This document shows, piece by piece, positions 54,543 to 64,000 of a DNA stretch of 64,000 nucleotides. How positions within the stretch are numbered: the stretch's first letter is position 1; every line of letters starts with the position of its first letter. The notes under the pieces were generated by a model. It worked only from the letters and a program-made list of their open reading frames with translations. It had not been told where the DNA came from and made no database searches. Position numbers and translations under genes: made by a program. The DNA is taken from the NCBI RefSeq assembly GCF_035594765.1, contig NC_085846.1, positions 23,671,190-23,735,189 of the forward strand. The letters run 5' to 3'. Source of the DNA: Anolis carolinensis (taxonomy: Eukaryota).

Positions 54543-54833
54543 TCACATTCCTGTTTTTTCCCCTTCCCCTCTCCCCTTTTTCTTTCTCTCCTTTCCCCTT
54601 TCTCCCCTTCTTCCTTCTTCTTGACCAGAATCCTCGCTCTTAGTTTCATAGATCTTTCTTCTTGTTCTTAATTCAGATTTCAGTACTTTCCTCTCAAGGC
54701 GTAGGATATACTTCATGTATTTGTTGATCTTGCGAATGCTTTTCACCAACTGTTCAAGCATTTTTGTATGATCCTGGATCCATTCGTTTTTTGCTTCTAA
54801 AGCGGCTGGTGTTTCTGTCATGGCCTGACTGGG
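54543..54833 (-). CDS. Exon 2 of the putative orphan single-pass membrane protein
   Basis: Acceptor ttgtcatttttcccag|CCC in phase 0; 96 aa charged/helical tail to TGA; AATAAA on - at 54424-54429. Confidence 0.55.
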   Translation of the reverse strand, partial: PSQAMTETPAALEAKNEWIQDHTKMLEQLVKSIRKINKYMKYILRLERKVLKSELRTRRKIYETKSEDSGQEEGRRGERGKERKKKGRGEGEKTGM

Positions 54834-55201
54834 CTGGGAAAAATGACAAAACAAGATCATTGTATCACCTTAAGGGAAAAAAAGAAATAGAGGTTTATCA
54901 ATATGGCCGTTTTCTTTTACTCTTCCTATCTTTGTGTCTCTTAACAGAAGCTTGATGTGTAGATAGTAAGCACAGAAAGCACAGACTAAAGTGACATTTT
55001 CTCAACGTGTCAGTCTGCTGTTAAATACAGGGAGGAGACCTGTAAAAAGTGCTGTAACCTTTTTGTAAGGTTCTTCTTGCAGGCGTCGAGAACAATGTAA
55101 ATATGTTTTCATTAGAAATATGCAAATAAAATAATACATGAGAGACACTCAAATGGGTGGGCCATACCGTTCATTGTATAATGCATACATATAAATGTTA
55201 C

Positions 55202-55489
55202 CTTAACGTTTTTCATGTGTTTCAGTGAAATGTAGAGTATAGATATACCAATAACTGTGACGCATAGCACTGCATCACGAATAAACAACTTCTCTGGGGT
55301 CCTTTCTGTAATGTCTAAGCCAAAAATAATACAGACATTAGATGGCTCTCTCTTCCACAGTTGCTCTCGTTCCTCTGATGACAAATCGAAGCCAGTTGTT
55401 GCCCAGGCTGGTTTTTCATAACTGAGAACATTCTGCAGGAAGACTACAGTCCCCAAGAGAAGCATATAAGAGCAGCCTCCAAGAAACAT
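55202..55489 (-). CDS. Exon 1 of a putative orphan single-pass membrane protein
   Basis: 96 codons: signal-like MFLGGCSYMLLLGTVVFLQNVLS, TM-like AVLCVTVIGISILYISL, then KHMKNVK|gtaaca (phase 0). Confidence 0.55.
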
Positions 55490-55780
55490 CTTTACTGTAT
55501 GGTAGTCAACCAGAAGTACTTGTGTTAGAGAAGCTTCAATATGAGAACATCAGGCATGGAGAAATTCTATGAGGTCATAAAGGTCTCCTGATCTTTATAA
55601 GAAGTGGTCTATGATGTCACGAATACATCAAGGGAGCAGCCCAAGAGAGAGAGAGAGAGAGATAAAATTCTTTCACATATTTACATATTGCTACTTGTAA
55701 ATGACAAACAGTTTGGGAAAGTTTCTTGATATCTTACAAATCATGTTTTTTTAAAAAGGCTTTTATGTTGTGCTTCTATA

Positions 55781-56111
55781 GTAAAGGTCAAGGTAAAGGT
55801 TTTCCCCTGACATTAAGTCTAGTTGTGTCTGACTCTGGGGGTTGGTGCTCATCTCCATTTCTAAGTGGAAGAGCCGGCATTGTCCGTAGACATCTCCAAG
55901 GTCATGTGACTGCATGGAGCTCCATTACTTTCCCGCCAGAGCAGTACCTACTGATTTACTCACATTTACATGTTTTTGAACTGCTAGGTTGGCAGAAGCT
56001 GGAGCTAACAGCAGGAGCTCACCCCGCTTCCCGGATTCTAACCGCCAGCCTTTTAGTCAGCAAGTTCAGCAGCTCAGCGGTTTAACCAGCTGCACCACTG
56101 GGGGGGGCTCC
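55781..56111 (-). mobile_element. Sauria SINE
   Basis: Reverse complement of the family; approximate TSD tgtgctt(c)yatag. Confidence 0.85.
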
Positions 56112-57519
56112 TATGTGCTTCCATAGATTTCATTATTACGATTTCTGCATCTTTTTCTATCATAAGGGATTGGTTAATCACCAATTGGCTAATCACACTG
56201 ACCTACTGTGTCACAAAACGATGTATGTCTAAACGATGCATGAAATGCTTGGAAAGATCTGATTTAGAAGATATGAATAATAATAATAACAACAATAATA
56301 ATAATAAAGTAATTCCTTAAGAGGAGAATGGGAAGTCCCTACCACCCTTTTTTTATTCTCTCATCCTTTCTACTTATCACCTTCTTTTTTTAGGCACTCC
56401 TCCTTCACTATCCTTCATCGTTACATTTTCCTCGCTTTCACTGTAAATATCACTTTTAACACAATAAAAACTATTTAAATCATAATAATAACTTTATCTT
56501 TATACCCCGCCTTCATCTCCCCGAAGGGACTCGACGTGGTTTACATGGGGCCAAGCCCAAGTGTTACAGACATAGTAATAAAACACATCAATATCAAAAC
56601 AGGTCAATAAACATAATAAAATCACATTGAAATAAAACAAGGTTTGATTAAAAAAACTGAGAAAATTCATAAAAATGAACTGGGATGGAGAAAGTGCATA
56701 AAGTGAGGAATGTAAACTAGAGAAAGAAGTAACGGTAAGTAACCCGGGACTATTATTGGTAAGGGGTAAACATAGGAACTATTTCTAACTGAAGGAGCAG
56801 AATAAAGTGCAACAGATATGTTATTGATCACCAGGACGAACCCTAACATGAGGGCAAGGATCATTCACCAAAGGCCTGTTGGAAGAGCCAAGTCTTAGTC
56901 AGCTTTTCAAAATGCTCCTGGTGATCTCTCCTTGCCCAACTCCCCCTACTCCAAAATTAGCAGCCCCTTCCTCCCACGAAAACCCAGTAAATCCCTAATT
57001 AGGGCCCTTCCACACAGCTATATCACCCAGAATATCAAGGCAGATGATCCACAATATCTGCTTTGAACTGGATTATCTGAGCCCACACTGCCATATAATC
57101 CAGTTCAATGTGGATTTTATGCAGCTGTGTGGAAAGAGCCTTAGAAAATGGAAACTGTATACTTGGGGACAGGCTATGAAATCTGGCAACCCTAGTTGTC
57201 ACCATCAGCATGCAGCAGGTTGCCTGATTGGAGTTTTAGGCTCCTCCTACACTGCCCTATATCTCAGGATCTGCTTTGAACTGAATAATATGAGTCTCCA
57301 CTGCCAAATAATCTGGGATCGGACCCTGGGATTTAGGACCAGTGTAGAAGGGACCTCAGTCTTGCCATTCCTATGACTTCTTTTGTACCATTTTGGCTGA
57401 AATCACAATTGGTTGAGAAAGCAATGACTGGAGCAGCAGAGCGCTTGTTTGATTTAACAGCCAGTTCTTATTGTTTTTTATGCCCTTGAACAAGTGCTGT
57501 GATAAAGAAAAATGGTGAC

Positions 57520-57905
57520 TATCAACTAAGAAACCAAGAAGATATAAAATAAAAATATAGAAACCTTTTGTGGTTTCTATATGCCCAAATAAAAGAACAA
57601 TATACAGAAGATGTTAAAATTATATTTAACAAAACAGGTAATTTTTGGCATAAAATGCTTCAGAATGATAAGCAGATAACAAAGATTTATAACCAACTAA
57701 AACTGAATGACAAAATGGGTGAAAAATATTGGACGTACATTAAACTAGAGGAGTGGGAACAAATTTGGACAAAAAAAGTACAATACACCTATGCAACGGA
57801 TTTAAAAGAAAATTAGCTGAAAATGTTTGACAGACGGCACATAACCCCAAAGAAATTAGGCATAATGTATAAAAACTCACAAAATAACTGTTGGAAATGT
57901 AAAAT
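57520..57905 (+). mobile_element. Degenerate L1-clade LINE ORF2 C-terminal fragment
   Basis: LEEWEQIWTKK...DLKEN*LKMFDRRHITPKKL..MYK..QNNCWKCK, resembling the region before the L1 cysteine-rich domain. Confidence 0.6.
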
Positions 57906-58286
57906 AGTCGGAAAGGCTTACAAATAATATTTACATACAATGTATTATATTATTAGGATAGCACAAAATTAGCATTATATATTACTATATTGTACTATAC
58001 CACTATACTGTAATACTATTAGTGATATTACATGTAATATATAATTATTATTATATTGTATTGTTAATATTATTGTATTACATTATAATATTATTATTAT
58101 CAATATTATATACAATATATTATTATTCAAAGATGTGGATTATCTACTTTGATAACCTGGATTACGTGGCAGTGTAGATCCAGCCATAGATGATATGTTG
58201 TGGGTTCTAAGGCCCCTTCTACATTATCATATAATCCAGATTACTAAAGATGATAATTCACATTATTTGCTTTGAAATGCATTATG

Positions 58287-58438
58287 AGGCCCCTTCCACA
58301 CAGCTGTATGAAATCCCACCTTATCTGCTTTGAACTGGATTATATGGCAGTGTGGACTCAGATAACCCAGTTCAAAGCATATATTGCGGATTATCCGCCT
58401 TGATATTCTGGATTATATGGCTGTGTGGATGGGCCCTG
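58287..58438. mobile_element. Harbinger-like MITE (ggccccttccacacagc termini); relatives at about 39901-40192, 52171-52312, 54227-54366, 57002-57141
   Basis: Inverted termini and internal ataatccagttcaaagcag motifs. Confidence 0.6.
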
Positions 58439-58539
58439 AGTCTACACTGACACGTCATCCAGTTCAATGCAGATAATCTGGATTTTATACGGCAGTGAAG
58501 GGGCCCTAGTTATATTGTTTTTAAGGTTGCGAGCCTTAA

Positions 58540-58788
58540 AAAGCTTCGAGACTCGTTTAAAAGGAGAACGCCAGAGGGAGAGGCGCTCCGAAAACCACCT
58601 TCCCGCTTTCTTTCTCGTTCCGCCTCTTCCTTTCCCAAAGCCTCTAGTTGTCACGGCGCCTGCGCAGGATCACGCAATTTGCGTACTTTACGGTTGAGGA
58701 AAAGAGGAAGGATCCTCCTCCAGCGTTAACTTCGGCAGGGAAGTGTGAAGAGGGCCTCGAAGCGTCGTAGTCACAGCGCCGGTCCGAG
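58540..58788 (+). promoter_or_regulatory. CpG-rich promoter and non-coding first exon of the next + strand gene (probably CCDC47)
   Basis: NRF1-type GCGCCTGCGCA at 58656-58666; strong donor GAG|gtaaga at 58788; no coding exon recognised in the window, identity inferred from the human DDX42/CCDC47 head-to-head arrangement. Confidence 0.55.
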
Positions 58789-61700
58789 GTAAGAAGGGAA
58801 GCGAGCAGCCATAGAAGGGTCGGAGGGGCTTCGAGGAAAGGAGGAAGGCCAAAGGGCGCAGTATTTGCCGCCTGTGGGGCTTCTCCTTTGAAAAGTAGTC
58901 ATTATTCTTCTCCAGGACGAGGTGGTTTCATGCCAGTGGAAGGCCTTCTTTACAGAATGTAGGCCTCTTGGACTCCTGCGTTGCACTCAGAAACCCCAAA
59001 TCTGTATTCAGTGTGAAGGAAAGTTGAGAGTTGTGCGTCCTTATAAGTCAGGGTGACATTAAGGTGAAGCTTTTACGATATTTCTGTGTAGGGTTTGTTC
59101 ATACAGGAAATGTCTTTGCCTTCCTCTGAGGCTGAGAGAGTGTGACTCGTCCAAGGTCACTCGTAGAATAATAGAGTTGGAAGGGACCACATGAGCCATC
59201 CTGGCCAGCCCCCTGCCATGCACAATCAAAACGCCCCCGACAGATGGCCATCTAGCCTCCTTCCAAGGAAGGAGCTTCCGCTACACTCCAAAGCAGAGAG
59301 TTCCACTATTGAACAGCTCTTGCAGTCAGGAAGGCCTTCCCAATGTTCAGAATGAATCTCTTTTCCTGTAATTTGAACCCATTGCTCCGAATCCTAATCC
59401 CCAAGGCAGCAGAAAACAACAACAACAATAATAAATACTTTATTTGTACCCCGCCTTATCTCCCCGAGGGGACTCAGGGCGGTTTCCAACAAAAGTAACA
59501 AAATGGCAAACATTCAATGCCAAAAACAGACAATGATCAATCAAATCAAAACAGTAGATAAAACAATCTCAAAATAAACTTCTTAAACTAAATAAAATAC
59601 ATAATTGAACTTAAATAAACATAATATAACCCATCACACACAATTTCCACAGGCTGAAATAGGTGTACAGTATCTAGGCAAGGATATTTATAAAGGTGTA
59701 CTAGTCTTTCTCCTCATCATATGCTAAGGTGCATAAATGGGTTTTAAAAAGCTTTTTAAAGGAGTGTAGGGTGGGGGCTGTTTTTATTTAAATGGGTTTT
59801 TAAAAGCTTTGTAAAGGAGAGGCGGGTAAGAATTAAATTCTTCTTATTATTATACACCTTTTGATAAAACTCAGTGGGTTTCCATGGTGTTACTACTTTT
59901 GAAAGGACCGGCAGATGAAGATGATTTCAATTTGTATCCTGTCCTTTTTCCCCTGTTTGAAACTCCCCAACTCCCAGAAACCCTAGTTGGCTTGTTCAAT
60001 GGTTAGGAATTCTGGGAGTTGGAGCCCCAAACAGCTGGGGGGCCCTAGTTTGATATACACTGTTTTAATATACACTGTGGAATTAATGCAGTTTGACCCC
60101 ACTTTAACTTCCACAGCTCAATGCTGTGGAATTATGAGAGCTGTAGTTTTACTAGGCCTTTTCCAAACTGCAATCCTGTGATTCTATAGCCTTGAGATGT
60201 AGCAGTTAAAGTGGGATCAAACTGCATTAATTCCACAGTGTAGATGCACCCAAAGTTGGACATAAGAATCTAAAGGAGCTTGTTTCTTAAGGCAGTTGTA
60301 ATTAAACCATAACCCTGCAGATATTGTTGCTTCCAGCTCTACAACCATTCACCATGGACTCTGTTGATCATGGGAGTTGCAGTCCAGTCGCTTCTGGCAG
60401 GATCTTAAACTGTCAAACTTGTCTTACTCTGTCATCTTTGAAAGATAGGAATGGGCAAAGTGTAGCTTTCCAAATGCAGCAATGCAAGGAACCTTCTAGT
60501 ATTCCTCACTATTATTGGAAGTTATTATGGCTAGATCTAATGTGTGTTGTAGTTCAAAAACATATGTGGGGCTGCTATTTGCCTACTTTTGTTCCAAGCA
60601 TTTAGCTGGTTTTGGGTTAATGTCTTAAGCCAGCAGAAAACAAATTGAAACTTCACTTCATGAATTCTGGGGGTATAATAATTTGGGTTGGGGCACCCAA
60701 AGACAAGTTGATGCAGAAAATAGGTTCTGACATTTTTTTAATGTCTTTCAGTCCCCATGAACTCTGACTATCTTCCTTCTCTTCCTTATTCCTTTTCCAT
60801 GCCCCTCCAACCATATTTGTGTGGCCTGTATGATCCTGAAATAGCTAAAGGAGAAAATGTTTAAAAACAAATATGGAGGCAAGTTTCCAGGGTTTTGGTA
60901 TAAAAACTGTAGAGAATCAGCAAGGTGTAGCATTTTCAGTGTTGGACTACGAATATGGAAACCAGGATTTGAATTTCAACCTGGCCATTGAAACCTGTTG
61001 ATTCACCTTAGAAAATTTACACCAGTGATTCTCAACCTGGAGTCCCCAGATGTTTTTGGCCTTCAACTCCCAGAAATCCTAACAGCTGGTAAACTGGCTG
61101 GGATTTCTGGGAGTTGTGGGACAAAACATCTGGGGACCCCAGGTTGAGAACCACTGAGTTACACTTTGTCAACTTCAAAGCAAGGAAAGGGCAAATCCCC
61201 TCTGATCAAATAAATGCTAAAACAACCTTAGCATTGTATGACCTGAAGACACAAAACCAACTGTACATACATGGTAATTACGTAGAATAGGGAGAAAATG
61301 TGTTCACTAAGTCGGTATTACATTATCTCCTATACTGCAGAATTAATTACTGTCTCCTGTATTGTAAAAGCCAAAGTTTCCAGCAACCAGAAAATGAGCT
61401 TTTAAAGCCTTGACTTATGATAGACCTCAGATTCAAAGTTCCAAATCTCTTGTGTACTTAGAAATTCCATACCAGCTCTTTGTAATTTGACTTCGGTGTT
61501 TCTTTTCAAACTCAGGCCAAGCTGGTTTATTTTTCAACTGACAGTGTTTGTCTGAAATGACTTAATACAGCCAGCGTGGTTTTAGTGTGGGACCATAACT
61601 CTGAAGATCAGGGTTCGAATCCCTTCTCAGCTATGGAGCCCACTGACCTTGGATTAGCTACATTCAGCCTCAGAAAAATCAAAGGCAGATCCCCTCTGAA

Positions 61701-61914
61701 CGAATCTTGTCAAGAACATTTGTTCATATTTTTAATTTTAAAACAGGTGCTGTTCTGCACTTACAAGTGCTAATTTTAGATTAGTAACCTAGATTGTCTG
61801 TCTTTTAAAGAGCTAGTTCTTGGAACCGTAGAATAGGAAAACATTAATGTAGCAAGAGGCTAATAATGGCATTGTCGACCCTTAATATAACCATTCTCTC
61901 TCTCTCAGTCGCAT

Positions 61915-62454
61915 AGTTGTTTCCACTCTTCGTGACCTCATGGACCAGTCCATCCCAGAGCTCCCTGTCGGCCGTCGCCGCCCCCAGTTCCTTCAAGGTC
62001 AGGCCAGTCACTTCAAGGATATACTGTCCATCTATCTCGCCCTTGGTCGGCCTCTCTTCCTTTTTCCTTCCATTTTCCCCAGCATCATGATCTTTTCCAA
62101 GCTTTCCTGTCTCCTCATGATGTGGCCAAAATACTTCAATTTTGCCTCTAATATACTTCCCTCCAGTGAGCAACCGGGCATTATTTCCTGGAGGATGGAC
62201 TGGTTGGATCTTTTTGCGGTCCAAGGCACTCTCAGGATTTTCCTCCAGCACCAGAGTTCAAAAGCGTCTATATTCCTTTGCTCAGCCTTCCTTATGGTCC
62301 AGCTCTCGCAACCATAGGTTACTATAGGGAATACCATTGCTTTAACTATGCGGACTTTTGTTGCCAGGATGATGTCTCTGCTCTTCACTATTTTATCAAG
62401 GTTGGCCATTGCTCTCCTCCCAAGAAGTAAACGTCTTCTGATTTCCTGGCTGCA
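61915..62454 (-). mobile_element. RTE-BovB LINE 3' fragment
   Basis: CSQEIRRRLLLGRRAMANLDKIVKSRDI...YGCESWT...DAFELWCWRKILRVPWT...KYFGHIMRR. Confidence 0.88.
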
Positions 62455-62553
62455 ATTTGCCATTACAACCATTACATAGGAGACTAAATTTTTGGGAATG
62501 CTATGATACTATGATACTGCAGAAGTGAGAGGATCCTTCTTGTCCTTTGCTGA

Positions 62554-63114
62554 ATGCAGACTGCAGCCAGGAAATCAGAAGACATTTACTTCTTGGGAGG
62601 AGAGCAATGACCAACCTCGATAAAATAGTGAATAGTAGAGACATCATACTGGCAATGAAGGTCTGCATAGTTTAAAAAATGGTATTCCCTGTAATAACCT
62701 ATGGATACGAAAACTGGAGCATAAGGAAGGCTGAGCGATGGAAGATAAACGCATTTGAACTGTGGTGTTGGAGGAAAGGGCCTTGAGAGTGCCTTTGACA
62801 GCAAGAAGATCCAACCAGTCCATACTCCAGGAAATAATGCCCGACTGCTCACTGGAGGGAAGGATATTAGAGGTAAAGAAGTGGCCACATAATGAGAGGA
62901 CATGAAAGCTTGGAGAAGATAATGATGCTGTGAAAAACGGAAAGAAAAAGGAAGAGGGGCTGACCAAAGGCAAGTTGGATGGATGGTATCCTTGAAGTGT
63001 CTGGCCGGACCTTGAAAGAACTGGGGGTGGTGACAGCCAACAGGGAGCTCTGGTGTGGACTAGTCCATGAGGTCACGAAGAGTTGGAAGCGACTGAACGA
63101 ATAAACAACAACAA
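62554..63114 (+). mobile_element. RTE-BovB LINE 3' fragment, inverted relative to its neighbour
   Basis: Same region in opposite orientation, degenerate, (CAA)n tail. Confidence 0.88.
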
Positions 63115-64000
63115 AATTATACTAGGAATTGTAGGTGAACACCTTTTTATTGATTACTGCTTGGGACAGCAGTCCTGCTGCAACAAATGGAAAGGATTTT
63201 CCAGTCCCACTAAGGCCTCTCCCATACTGCCATATAAAATCCAGATTGCCTTCTTTGAACTGGATTATATGGTAGAGTAGAATCATATAATCCAGTTCAA
63301 AGCAGGTAATGTGGATTATATACTTTGATAATCTGGATTATATGGCAGTGTAGAAGGGGCCTGGGAGTGAAAAGTGTTTTACAAGTAATAAATTCTTTGT
63401 TTTTTCACAATAAATGTCTAATTGTGGGATAAGCATGGCTTTTTCAAGAGTCAGTCCTAGCTTTTCGTCCTTTTAGAATTCTTTCTGGGTGTCCATTGAC
63501 ATGTAGATGTACTTTCTCAGGGAGCCATGGTGAAATAAAGATGTTAAAAATAATTGAAAATATGTCATTGTATCAATCTTCCAGACAGTATATGTCTGTA
63601 TGCTAAATACTCCAGACAAATGTCACACTCAGAGTTGACAGCTGATCACCATTGAAAAATGGCTACTCAGTTGTATGGACTCTCATTCTGATCGCATAGG
63701 ACAAATAACCCATGCAAATAAATGGGTAAATATATATTATTTTACTAGCACTTATGTGGTGGAACAAAGGAATCAGGAGGAAAAAGAAATAGTCCTCTTG
63801 AGTCAGCATTTAGTCACCAGAGTGGCATTGTGGGTTGAGATTAGGATTCTGGAGAATAAGGTTCACATTCCCAGTCAACTATAGAAACTCACTAGGGGGA
63901 TCCTAGACAAGTCACACTGTCTCAAAGGAAGGCAAAACCAAAACCTCTCTGAACAATTCTTGCCAAGAAATCCCTGTGCTAGGTTCATTTTAGGGATATT

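Noticed and set aside
61844-63076. Cluster of ORFs of 100-146 aa
   Set aside because: All are frames of RTE-BovB fragments

Overview
Vertebrate genomic DNA, almost certainly a squamate (Anolis-like): it carries Sauria SINEs, RTE-BovB, L2, CR1, Penelope-like fragments and many MITEs. I reconstructed spliced genes by hand from splice sites and reading-frame phase. (1) PTH3R-type class B GPCR on + (13 coding exons, 16499-30388, 544 aa). (2) DDX42 DEAD-box helicase on - (17 coding exons, 50749-33515, 924 aa), converging tail-to-tail with PTH3R, with a CRE-containing promoter near 54.0-54.1 kb. (3) An intact tRNA-Cys(GCA) at 9867-9938. (4) The first two coding exons of a signal-peptide, cadherin-related-like gene on - that runs off the left edge. 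(5) A second CpG-rich promoter/first exon on + at about 58.6-58.8 kb, probably CCDC47 by synteny. The best candidate for something undescribed is a compact two-exon orphan gene on - (55489-54543, 192 aa: signal peptide, single TM, charged tail, with TATA, CRE-like element and polyA signal) lying between the DDX42 and putative CCDC47 promoters. Other notable items are Penelope-borne minimal hammerhead ribozymes, a palindromic bidirectional polyA site between PTH3R and DDX42, and an inverted BovB pair. Family comparisons were made from memory; no database search was run.
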